Shown here: piece by piece, positions 49,037-61,085 of the stretch | Position numbering within the stretch: the stretch's first letter is position 1 | Layout of the letters: each line of letters starts with the position of its first letter | NCBI RefSeq assembly: GCF_037042905.1 | Contig: NC_087250.1 | Span: 14,820,001-14,884,000, forward strand | DNA length: 64,000 bases | DNA from: Lytechinus pictus | Lineage: Eukaryota | Reading direction: 5' to 3' | Program-made: the position numbers and the translations under genes | Notes under the pieces: model-generated | What the model was told of the DNA's origin: nothing | The model's input: only the letters and a program-made list of their open reading frames with translations | Databases searched by the model: none

Positions 49037-49954
49037 ACACTTCATTAACATGAAGTTATACTTTACTTGATTAATCATAATCAACACTGTATCATTGGCT
49101 GCATGGGTATAGCTATGACATGCGATCCCAACCCACCTCATTTGTACAGTTGCGTCCTAGAAAAAAAAAAACGAATCGAGAGTTATCGATGAGTTAACAT
49201 ACACAAACAAATACAACAGATTACCTACAGTATCATTTGAAAGTTTAGAATCTCTTCTTTCATCTGGTATAACTCAGAAGATTCCTGGGAAGATTCCTCA
49301 TTCCCGTATGAGACAGTGAATAAAAACAATTTGAATAAAGGATACCAAAGTCCACTTGTCGGGGAATATCTGAGTTTCAAAAAGAAATTCATGTGTGTAA
49401 AAGGTTCAGTATCAGCTCTTTAATTTGATACCTAACTCACAGATAATGGTCAAGAAATAACAAACTTCTTTTTAAGATAATTTGTCTTTTGTATTTGTGA
49501 TTAAGTGATGATAAATCATTGAATTTTAGGTTTCGGTTTTCCTCGGACGCCTTTTATTGGGATTGCGTATGGTATCACCACAGATAAAATTCATAAAGAT
49601 GTTTCTATAATAATAGGAGTTGCATTATCATGTACTAATGTATAGCCATAATAACCAACGGTGTTCATGAGAGTGTATGACTTTTTTCTTGACAGCATAT
49701 GCCCCACAATTTCGCTCTCTTTTGGCTAAACTTGTTCAACCATGCTGTTTATTATGTTTATAATGTATATCTTATCTCTGTGATCTACTTTTCCACTTAA
49801 AAAAAAAATATTGAAGTACACTCATATTGCTTCACATTTAAACGGAATTAAACATAGGAATCAAACTCACCGTGAGAACAAGCTAAAATTGGCACCTTCA
49901 ACAAGGTCAAGACAGTACATTTTACACCTTTTTGGTGTGCATTTGGGTTGCAGC

Positions 49955-50158
49955 CATTGGCAGCGGAAGGCAAAAAATTTAGGGGGGTCCATTTGAAATT
50001 TTTGGATGGACACGGGTAAAAAAATTGACAAGCAAAAAAAAAAAAAAAAAAAAAAGGTTCTCAACTAAAAATTTAGGGGGGGGAGACCGTCCCCCCCACC
50101 TCAAATTTAGGGGGGGGGGGACAGGTCCCCCCGTCCCCCCCTGCTTCCGCCGCCTATG
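49955..50158. mobile_element. hAT-like MITE
   Basis: Ends cattggcagcggaag / cttccgccgcctatg; 8-bp TSD gttgcagc. Confidence 0.88.
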
Positions 50159-51599
50159 GTTGCAGCTAATAAAGATGTTGAGATGTTTTAGAGTGTGCAT
50201 GTCGTATTCACTCACTGCATGTGTTACTGTGTTTTACTATATAGTGGTATGAAAATGTACAAAATTGGTTCGATTTTCATAATGTCTTGTTGAGAAAAAT
50301 ATATATATTACCCAATATTTTGCTAATGACGTTTAGATGAAATGAATGAATGTAAAAATTATTATTGATTCTAGGTTTAATTATTGGTTTGCAAGTAATC
50401 CTGGGAAACAAGCGAAATTATCTATGGTATTTTGGTTGTTTGTATCTACTGTACATGTACAATTGATCTATATAGGCCTTCATGAAGCATGTAATTCATT
50501 CTCTAGATTTTTTTTCTTATAGTTTATTTTGTTATTATTGCGCTTAACACGATTTTTCTCACTATTATATCAACGGTACAGAGTACAATATTATTGTATC
50601 CATTGCAGTAAATAGAACTGGTCATAAGGACTTTTTTATTTGCATAAAATGAAAAAGGAGTCAAGTCTCTAAACATAATGGTCACCCCTTTTATTAATAC
50701 CTAATTACAAATATATATTTTGTAAAGATCTTTTTCTATAAAAAAAATATTCAAAACATCCTTCTAAAAACGCTTGTGTACATAGATTGCAGTAAACTGC
50801 ACTGTAAAAATAAAAACATGGCAGGTGTTTTTGGGGTCGATTTAAATGATAGACAATTCAAATATTATGGGTGCATTTTTCGATTACTTTTTGAGGATTT
50901 TTTTTTGTGAAACGTAAGTCAAAGTTTCAGAGATTTCAAATTGAATATTGATTGAAAATGTTGTGGAAATAAATGGAGGTGTATGGGTTCGAGATGTTCG
51001 TAACTTGTTTGCTTTTTTATCTCTTAAATTATCTTGGTTTCATTTTGGACGTGCTTATTTGGCAAAACTATATATCTTTTTATTTTGTTTGATTGTTTTG
51101 AAGAGTATAATTGTTTGACTTTACCATCGAAAGGCTAAGCTTCCTCGAAGTTAGGGCGGTAAAACTTATTATCAGACATCTTCTGATTTGCGATGCAAGT
51201 TCTCCGACGCTGTAATTCGCGGGGGAGGGGGTATTTTCTTACAAGTAGAAAAAATAGGCCATCAAACTGAATTCCTCCTGCCCCCTACCCGCTCCCCACG
51301 CCATTGGTCTGTAGCAACGTCACAACATAAAATCCATTACAATATTTTTTCGGTAGGCACTTTTGATGACAAAGTACAGCGAGGGGTGATAAAATGTCCA
51401 GCTCTACGTCACTATCCATCCGACGGTTCGCCACTGAATATTCATTAGATCGTGGTCGTGTGCATGTGTGTGTGTGTACGATACCGAGTGTGAATAACCA
51501 AATAGAGTTTTCAAATGGTGTGTGTGTGTATAAAACAACGTAGGGGTTTATAGTGTAGAAAATAAGTGTTTGATGAAGTTTTTACATAAGAAGAAATAA

Positions 51600-52040
51600 T
51601 ACAAATATATGGAGGACAATGGAAGATGAGGTGAGGCAAGTGTGCAGTGAGGTTTTTATCAGAAGAGGAGATAATACAAATATATTATGGAGCACAATGT
51701 AAGTTGAGCAGAGGCAAGTGTACAGTGAGGTTTTTCAAAAAAGGAGATAATACAAATATATGTGGAGGACAATGTAAGATGAGATGAGGCAAGTGTGCAG
51801 TGAGGTTTTTTCAAAAGAGGAGATAATGTAAATATATGCGGAGGACAATGTAAGATGAGATGAGGAAAGTGTGCAGTGAGGTTTTTTTCAAAAGAGGAGA
51901 TAATACAAATATAGTATGGAGGACAATGTAAGATGAGCAGAGGCAAGTGTGCAGTGAGGTTTTTTCAAAAGAGGAGATAATATAAATATATGCGGAGGAC
52001 AATGTAAGATGAGATGAGGCAAGTATAAAGTGAGGTTTTA
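51600..52040. repeat. About 75-bp minisatellite in left TIR arm (about 6 units)
   Basis: ggaggacaatgtaagatgag...gcagtgaggttt repeats. Confidence 0.9.
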
Positions 52041-52745
52041 TCCGATTTTGATGAAATTTTCAGTCTCATGCTTGTTGGATTTTTCTCTTTGTATTCAAAT
52101 CAACATTTTGCTTGGGTGGACTTGAACTTTAAGACAAAAATGTAATGAAAATAGGCTTATGTGGCGGTAAGGCAAGTCTCAAATCATATGGATTAATTGG
52201 GGGCCAATTTTTTGGAATGAACTTAACATCTCGAGTGCTTTGAGGTTTGAACCTCCTGCTTGCATGAATGAATTTTGAACCTTTCCACTCCCAAAATATA
52301 TAAAATCTCTTCCCAAAAGATGCAAATCTGATAGAAATAATTGTTTTGTCTTTTTTAAACCAGAATATGCATAACAATAGTCTTAATATTTTTTCTTAGT
52401 CATGTTACACCCAAGTCAGCAGGAAAACTATGGTCCCAGAAAAAATTTACCGAGGCAAATTTACGTGGGCTGGTTCAACTCTAAGTGTTGATTTTGAAAA
52501 AAAATCAAAAAATAATATCTTGTCAGTTCATAATACTCATTTTGTCGATAGGAGTCCATTCAAGGTCAATAATCATAACTGATATTAAGTGGAAAGGCTA
52601 TATCTTTTCCTTGCTGATCTAGCAAGTCATGATCTTTACCTCTGTCATTTTTAACTCTGCCATATTTACCCGGCACCATAAAATTGAATACCAGCCCTGA
52701 ACCTTATCATCATTACCATCGATCACTTTCAAATATACCTCACAC

Positions 52746-52860
52746 CAGGGACCTGGGAACGATTTTTTCAGTGGGGGTGCTGAAATCTCTCCTCAAAGGT
52801 GGGGGGGGGGGGGACACCCGCACCCACACACACACCCACCCACACACACCCTTATATATA

Positions 52861-52912
<52 letters not shown>

Positions 52913-55693
52913 TGACTTCTTAGCTTTCTTCTTATAAAAGCATATAGATATATAATTAGATAACTCGAGCGCAAAGCGCGAGCTATTTTTTTTTCGGGGG
53001 GGGGGAATTTCATGTATTTTGTCCTGAAAATTTAACATTTTGAGCAATGTTTGTGGTTCTGAACAAGATGCGTATGTAACAAATAATAACTGCGAACGTG
53101 ATCAGCGCGAGCAGATATTTTTTATATACGCTCTGGCCTGATCGAAAGGGACGTGTTATAAGGACTATTTGCAGTTACCCATTAAGACGATACATCTATC
53201 AACTATCAAATAATGCGAACGCGAAGCGCGAGCTGAAAAATTTGACATTCCGACCTAAGTACTGGATATTCTAAGCACTCTTTGTAATCATGAAAAGGGT
53301 AGGTATATAAATATATAATTGATGCGAGCGCGAAGCGCGAGCGGAAACAAAATTGAGATTTCAGACCAAAAACGAGACATTCTAAGCACTTTTCTAATCA
53401 TGAACAGGATATGTATAACACTATACAATTGATGCGAGCACGAAGCGCGAGCGGAAATAAAAATGAGATTTCAGACCTAAAAACAGGACATCTTAAGCAC
53501 TTTTCTAATCATGAACAGGATAGGTATATAACTATACAATTGATGCGAGCGCGAGCGGAAACGAAATTGAGATTTCAGACCAAAAAACGAGACATTCTAA
53601 GCACTTTTCTAGTCATCATGGTCATAAAGAGGATATGTATATAACTATACAATTGATGCGAGCGTGAAGCGCGAGCGGAAATAAAAATGAGATTTCAGAC
53701 CCCCAAAAAACCAGGACATCTTAAGCATTTTTCTAATCAAGAACAGGATAGGTATATAACTATACAATTGATGCGAGCGGAAACAAAATTGAGATTTCAG
53801 ACATATAAATGGGACATTCTACTCGTGTTTTGTAAATCAAGAAAATGATGGGTAATTGGATATATTCTGACATTAATAATGTGAGCGCGAAGCGCGAGCA
53901 GAATTTTGTTGATATTCTGATCTGAAACTCCGCACTGAATGTAATATGGTTTGAACAGATAAAGAAAAATCAGACGAACATAAGAATAAAGATTTGATCA
54001 AAATCCGACAAGGATTTTAAAGATTAGCATTATTCCGGTGAAACAGTTTTAAGCATGTTTTCATTAATATTCAATGAGCAAACTGATGATGTCATATCCC
54101 CCTTGTTCTTTTGTATTTTATTACATATAACTAGGTTTTTTCAATATTTTCCCTTCAAGAACCAAAAACAGTTTAATTGACAACTGATTTAGTCCATTAG
54201 ATATTCTTTGCTGCATCTTATTTCATTATAAGGGAGACATTATCATTCACACTGGTATGAAAAAAATTAAACAATTTTGATTCCATGTAATAACACAAGA
54301 AACAGGATAGTGGGGATGTGACATCTTCAACCCACATGGACGAAAATCCCAGAGGGGACAGGGGGACGTGTCCCCCCTACCAAATAATAGTAGGGGGACA
54401 CAAGATCGAATGTTCCCCTAGTACTATTTTTGGTCTTTCATGATGGAGAAAAATTCATCACTTCACAATCGAAATAATAGAAGGATTTTTGACTAAATGA
54501 CCTTACATTTTTGGTGAAAACCTTTTTTTTTTTAGGGAGGGGGGGGGGGGGGGGCTTGTCAAATTTTGTTAGGGTTAAAATGACCTTACATTTAGGGTGA
54601 TAACCTTTTTATTTTTTTTGCTTGTCAAATTTTACAGGCCCTTTGGGGACAGATTTCCGCCCATGTCAACCCACATATTAATTATTTATGACGACATGCA
54701 TATCACCATTTTCATAAAATATTGCTAAACTGTAAAATTAAATAACTTAACTATTTGTTATCAGATTTTCATAAAATTTATTTATTTTGATAAAATGTAT
54801 TTGATATAAATATTTTCAGCCCGGAGTTCCCCCAAAACAAGCTGCGTATCTCAATAAACATGCGTAGAGTTAGACCTAGTATCTGGGCATTCTACATACA
54901 TTTTTTATTATAAAAATCAATAATGCGAGTGCGGATGCGCGTGCGGGAAAATATTTGATATTCCGATTTGAAAAAGGGTGAAGAATTTAAACACTATTTT
55001 AAGAACTGTGCCGGAAAATTCTGAAGGGGGGGTTCTACAAAACGTCGTTCATTTTTATTACATTTCTGTCATTTATCATATACCTACCACTAGCTTTCCA
55101 GGAGGTGCTGCCTATGGAAAATAATACATGCAGCACCCCCAAATTTTGGGGGTGCTTCACCCCCAGCACCCCCGCTTCCCAGGGCCATGGGGCAGGGCGA
55201 AAAAGACTGTGAAATTTGATTTCTATTGTCTGACTTGTAATTGTTTATACAAAACACGGGAGGTCGGGCGCGCGCACACTTGATTCGACATAAAACCTGG
55301 AAGTTTCAAGTCCAACCACACCCATATCCTATGTCCCTCCCTGCTATCGAGTAGTGTGTAAACCATATATAGAGTGTTTAGGTTTATGTATAACTCTATG
55401 GTGTAAACTATGGTTATCACGTATCGCGCGCGACCACGTCTGTTTCGGAATGCCGGGGCTTGATTGAGTCGCGTTATAGGAGGGATGTTATTGGAATATG
55501 TGAAAGACTTTGTAAATGATTTGCGATTGTCGGATGTGATAATTATGTAAATTATAACATATTTAAAAAAAATACAGGGGGGAACCTGATTTCGTGGGGG
55601 GTGCTGCCTATGGAAAATAATACACGCAGCACCCCCAGGAAAATTTCTGAGGGTGCTTCAGCACCCCCAGCACCCCCGCTTCCCAGGTCCCTG
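52746..55693. mobile_element. hAT-like non-autonomous element with internal about 118-bp gcgagcgcgaagcgcgagc tandem repeat
   Basis: TIR cagggacctgggaa; 8-bp TSD cctcacac. Confidence 0.9.
54335..54665. mobile_element. CATGG...CCATG MITE nested inside a Kolobok-like fragment
   Basis: 8-bp TSD tcaaccca. Confidence 0.85.
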
Positions 55694-57331
55694 CCTCACA
55701 CCATTTACATCATCACAAACTTCAACTCTCACACTTTGAGTCAATCAACTTAACACTCTCATGCTTGATTAATAATTTTCTGTTGTAACGGGACGCACAC
55801 ATTATGCCAAAATACCACTTAGTCTTGAATTTATTAAATTAATCAAATTGAAATATATATGACATACTGTTGCACAAGTGGAAGCTACGTTGTCATGATA
55901 AGAATAGTAATAATAAAATTCAGAGTATATAATTAGCCATAGTATATTTGATTGACTTATACTTCAGGTTTATGTAGCTATACATATTTCAAGTAATTGG
56001 TTTTCTTTTCTTTTTTTGGGGGGAGGGGGATTGTCCTCAGTGATAGTTGATACCTACTGTGTGTTTGGCCAACTTTAATTGGTAAGCATACATTGACTTA
56101 ATTTGTAAAAGATAAAGTATATAGACCATGCACATGTAAAGAAATTAAGTTCAAGAATATATTTTAAAAAACGACAACAACAAACAGTATAAATGCATAA
56201 CAGGTATAATACAACCTATTTGAACAAAAGAACTTTCACAATTTGCAAGCACTACATTTGACAGTAAGCTGAATCAAATAGTAGAATCTGATATTGGACG
56301 GAAAGAGATTATATGTCATTACGCGTGAAAGACAATCTATTTATATGTAATTAATGGTAATTACAGGATCACTAAGTTCTTCTACATCACGGCTTTATAT
56401 ATTGTTGATTTATCAAGTTGTGTAAGTAGGCCTACTGTTACAATATCAGTTGCCTGGTTGAGGCAAGATTAATGGTTGTTGTGATTAAATGAAATCTATA
56501 AGAGTTAGATAACAAAATAAATACAAGAAAATACCAACAGCTAGGCAACTTTTTTTTTTTTTCATACACTATGTGCCTTTTTTTTTCTCATCAAAACTAA
56601 ATGTGACCAGCCACCCAGAATCAACAAAAGTTGCCATGGATAGTTTTTAGTAAATAAGCACAATAGTTTTTAATAAAATAAAAAAATATCAAAATTTAGT
56701 TAATCTAAAAGAGTAATTATTTTTCTTTATACTGTCAAAATTTAAGGTTGTAAAAGTTGAAGACAAAAATACAAGAGTTTCTTTGAAAACCATTCCTTAA
56801 TAGTTTAAGGTTGCATATTACATATCTCACAATTGAGTGAACCCCAAATATCGAACCTTGTTTTCTCCGAATTCGTTGAAGCTCTCACCAAATTTCCTGC
56901 ATTCAATCAAGTACTTAAGAGGGACATTATTGACCTCAATTGATATATCATTTTAGAGCTCATGATGTGCTTGTTCAAGATGAATGAAAATCTTCAAATT
57001 AATATATGGCATTTATTGTTAGTTTTAGGGTGGCTGGAGACATATAGCTTGTCAATTGCATAAAACGATCAACTTTTTTTACAAGTGACCCAAATTTTTC
57101 TCAGGTTTTACTTCACTTTATAAACTGACCAAGCCATGGTAATTTGAGAGCATATGACTGTCAAAAGAACAAGAAATCAGAGACAAAAAATTTCAGGAAG
57201 GTCCCACACATATTTCATGGTATTGCCCAAATATATATTTTTATCTGCCAAAAAAGCATGTTACAATTAACATGTTTTTTTTACTGGCAAGTATTACACT
57301 AGCAGGACATGATAATAAAAAGAAACTGAAG

Positions 57332-57336
<5 letters not shown>

Positions 57337-57429
<93 letters not shown>

Positions 57430-57452
57430 TATATATATATATATGTGTGTGT
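57337..57452. repeat. (TA)n/(CA)n microsatellite
   Basis: Directly visible. Confidence 0.95.
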
Positions 57453-57598
57453 GAAGTAATACATGTACTACAGCTTTGGCAACTCTTTTATATTTAAATA
57501 TTGTGTGAAAGAAATGGATGAAGAGAACAATGGTAGGCGTAGCTTAAATCAAGGTTCCCCAGAGCTATCTACCCTTTTTGGAAAAATTGGTGATGCCG

Positions 57599-57603
57599 AA
57601 AAA
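57599..57603 (-). terminator. Pol III T5 terminator directly after the tRNA-like gene
   Basis: TTTTT immediately 3' of the discriminator A. Confidence 0.55.
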
Positions 57604-57675
57604 TGTCTCTGCCGGGAATCGAACCCGGGCCCCCAGCTTTGAACGCCGGTGCCTTAACCACTAGACCACAGAGAC
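57604..57675 (-). tRNA. 72-nt tRNA-like cloverleaf, anticodon UCA (opal-reading), probably repeat-borne
   Basis: GTCTCTG-TG-GTCT AGTGGTTA AGGC-A-CCGGC GTTCAAA GCTGG-GGGC-CCGGG TTCGATT CCCGG-CAGAGAC-A; all four stems pair; A and B boxes intact. Confidence 0.6.
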
Positions 57676-58382
57676 AGGTTAGTGGCTAGGGCGACCCCGA
57701 TCCAATTGACCGTCAGATAGACAGATTTTCGACACCATACCAATTATAATTTCCTTTGTCGGGTGAAGGTGGGTTTTGAACAATGACAAGCCGCCATGCC
57801 TCAGCTGGATCAAAGCTATTGCTTTGATACAGTACACGTATGGGAGAAAGTATACATGGATGAAGAGAACAATGGTAGGCGTAGCTTAAATCAAGGTTCC
57901 CCAGAGCTATCTACCCTTTTTGGAAAAATTGGTGATGCCGAAAAAATGTCTCTGCCGGGAATCGAACCCGGGGTGGTTAAGGCACCGGCGTTCAAAGCTA
58001 TATATATATATATATGTGATACAATAGTATAAATAACGTTTGTTTACAAATGGTAGTGGCAGGATCAATGAAATAATAAAAAATCATACTAGTGTATGAT
58101 GTTGGGAAGTACTGTTATAATAGTAGAAGTAGTATTAGTATATAGTAGTCAAAACATGACCAAAGTTTAATGTGTGGTAACAGATGCATGTTAACAATGT
58201 TTCTACACCGTCTCCTAAGACTGTTGTATAGGCAGCAAAATGGTTGCAAATTTTGTCTAAAATGGTATGAGGACAATTAACAAAAAAAAATTACCAAATA
58301 AAACACTATACACTAATGGCAAAGAATCTTGCATGAAATAGTTGTCACAGAATAATGATTAGCCTCAAAACTGATTACTTGA

Positions 58383-59770
58383 TAAAACCTCACCGTACAC
58401 TTGCCTCATCTCATCTTACGTTGTCCTCTACATATATTTTATCATTATACATTTTTTTTAATAAAACCTCACTGCACACTTGCCTCATCTCATCTTACAT
58501 TTTCCTCCACATATATTTGTATTATCTCCTTTAAAAAAAAAAAACCTCACTGCACACTTGCCTCAGCTCATCTTACATTGTCCTCTACATATATTTTATC
58601 ATTATACATTGTTTGATAAAACCTCACCGTACACTTTCCTCATCTCATCTTACATCGTCCTCCACATATATTTATATTATCTCCTCTTTTGAAAAAAACC
58701 ATCACCGTACACTTTCCTCACCTCATCTTACATTGTCCTCTATATATGTTTGTATTACCTCCTCTTTTCAAAAAACCTCATTGCACACTTAATTGCCTCG
58801 GCTCATCTTACAGTAACATTGTCCTGTACCAGTGGCGTACCTAGGATTTTCCACAGGGTGGGGGGGGGGGGGGCAAAACCATCCGCCAAAAAATTTGACA
58901 AGCAAAAAAAAAAGTTATCAATCACAAAGAAAGGATTTCGTACAAGAAAGAAAATTGACAAGAAAAAAAAAAAGGTCTTCAAGCTCGTCAGGGGGGCAAT
59001 AGAGGTCTTCAAGCTCGTCAGGGGGGCAAAAAAGGTCTTCCAAGCTCGTCAGGGGGGCAGGGATACATCTTTTGCATGGGTGGTGGCTCATCGGGGGGGG
59101 GGGCAGACTGCCCCCCCCCCGTAGGTACGCTAGTGTCCTCTACATATATTTGTATTATCTCCTCTTTCGAAAAAAAACTCACTGTACACTTGCCTCATCT
59201 CATCTTACGTTGTCCTCTACATATATTTATATTGTCTCCTCTTTTGAAAAAACCTCAGTGCACACTTGCCCCATCTCATCTTAATTGTCCTCCACATATA
59301 TCTGTATTATCTCCTCTTTTGGAAAAACCTCACTGCACACTTTCCTCATCTCATCTTACATTGTCCTCCACATATATTTGTATTATCTCCTCTTTTGGAA
59401 ATACCTTACTGCACACTTGCCTCATCTCATCTTACATTGTCCTCCACATATATTTGTATTATCTCCTCTTTTGGAAAAACCTCACTGCACACTTTCCTCA
59501 TCTCATCTTACATTGTCCTCCACATATATTTATATTGTCTCCTCTTTTGAAAAAACCTCACTGCACACTTGCCTCATCTCATCTTACATTGTCCTCCACA
59601 TATATTTGTATTATCTCCTTTTTTTAAAAAACCTCACTGTACACTTGCCTCAGCTCATCTTACATTGTCCTCCATAATATATTTGTATTATCTCCTCTTC
59701 TGAAAATAACCTCACTGCACACTTGCCTCACCTCATCTTCCATTGTCCTCCATATATTTATATTATTTCC
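58383..59770. repeat. About 75-bp minisatellite in right TIR arm (about 14 units), interrupted by a MITE
   Basis: aaacctcactgcacacttgcctcatctcatcttacattgtcctcc repeats. Confidence 0.9.
58830..59135 (+). mobile_element. hAT-like MITE family D
   Basis: cagtggcgtacctagg...gtaggtacgctagtg; TSD tcctgtac/tcctctac (1 mismatch). Confidence 0.85.
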
Positions 59771-60964
59771 TCTTATGTAAAAACTTCATCAAACACTTAT
59801 ATTTTCTACACTATAAACTCCTACGTTGTTTTATACACACACACGCCATTTGAAAACTCTCTTTGGTTGTTCACACTCGGTATTGTACACACACACACAT
59901 GCGCACGACCACGATCTAATGAATATTCATCGGCGAACCGTCGGATGGATAGTGACGTAGAGCTGGACATTTTATCGCCCCTCGCTGTATTTTGTCATCA
60001 AAAGTGCCTACCTATTTTTTCTTATAGGACGCCTCACTTGGCCAGTACAAGAGTATAGTTTATTTAGGCTATATTATGAATTTTTGATTTAGACATCGTG
60101 TGTAGGAATTCTTAAAATCATTACCAAAAAGGAGGTGACCGATATTCCAATCAACCTCTTGAAAGAAAAGCATCCACCTCTCCAACCCCTCCCTAATTGA
60201 ATAAATCTAACGAGCCACTCTACATGATCTGACGAATAACGAATAGTTGAAAGAATTTGGATAGGAAGGAGAGAGAAAAGAAACACTTCTCGTTAAAATG
60301 GAAAATATGGGGTAAGATTTCTATTTACTCATATTTTACTTATATGACTCAGGAAATAAAATGTTAAAAATAAAAAGTGGGTCGAATATAATTCAGTTAG
60401 GAAAACCGAATGGCGGACGGGGAGGAAGTCTATTAATACATATAGGACGATTGATTGATTTGATAATAAATAAAAATAAAATAAAAAATTTGATAAGTTC
60501 TTACGTCTTCTTGGTGAAAGACTTTTCGTAACATTTTTTTTTTCGATTTTGAAATACGCTGATCATAAAATGGGGGTGAATTTAGCTTTATGAAAATAAA
60601 TGGAGTCCGTGGCGAACTTAGAAATTCGTTCAAAGCATGCATTTAATGGAGTTGCGATGTAAGCGGCATATTGAAATATAAGAAGTGGTGATTTTTACAA
60701 ACAATAATAGAAATGAAGACTGGTGGAATCAGGGCAATTATATAGTATTTTCACTTATAGTGTGTATTGCATGCAACCACCCTGTTGTAGAGCGATGAGA
60801 AAATTGGTATAGTAAACCACGGACCTATAGGCCAATGGGTAAATTAATGAAAGTGTCGCAAGGACACGATTTTGAATGTTTGGAATGAAATTATAAAGAC
60901 TTCCTCCAAAGGTTTATTGGTTTATGGGTGGAGCCTTTTGGGGGCATCAAATTAAAGTAGTTCC

Positions 60965-60972
60965 TATAAATA
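60965..60972 (+). promoter_or_regulatory. TATA box of the GPCR gene
   Basis: TATAAATA about 120 bp before the ATG, with CCAAT/ATTGG boxes near 60832 and 60916. Confidence 0.5.
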
Positions 60973-61085
60973 CAAGGTTTTTCTCGTTCAGTATTCTATA
61001 CAGCCCCAAAAGCAGGGAAGTTGCGGGAGAAATTAATATCGCATCTTCTTAAATTCGCCCCTGGACTGATATTAAGCATAGTCTA

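Larger units (their letters stand above)
57500..57999 (-). mobile_element. Partial-tandem (342-bp period) element containing the tRNA-like gene, with terminal inversion, beside (TA)n
   Basis: 57514-57629 repeated at 57856-57972; 57973-57999 is an inverted copy of the D/anticodon arm. Confidence 0.65.
51352..60012. mobile_element. 8.7-kb foldback/MULE-like element with long modular TIRs
   Basis: Arms 51352-52040 and 58383-60012 are reverse complements; 9-bp TSD tattttttc at 51343-51351 and 60013-60021. Confidence 0.9.

Noticed and set aside
52129..52377. Transposase remnant inside the foldback element
   Set aside because: No recognisable DDE, zinc-finger or MULE motifs in any frame I read.
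57604..57675. Selenocysteine tRNA
   Set aside because: It has standard 7/5 stems and a 4-nt variable loop, and lacks the long variable arm and extended D stem of tRNA-Sec.
57500..58000. Hammerhead ribozyme in the pseudo-LTR-like repeat
   Set aside because: I found no CTGANGA core with a matching GAAA on either strand by eye; a covariance-model search would be needed to exclude variants.
58401..59677. ORFs such as MPHLILHCPPHIF repeats (also 51659-52002)
   Set aside because: They are translations of the 75-bp minisatellite and a MITE.
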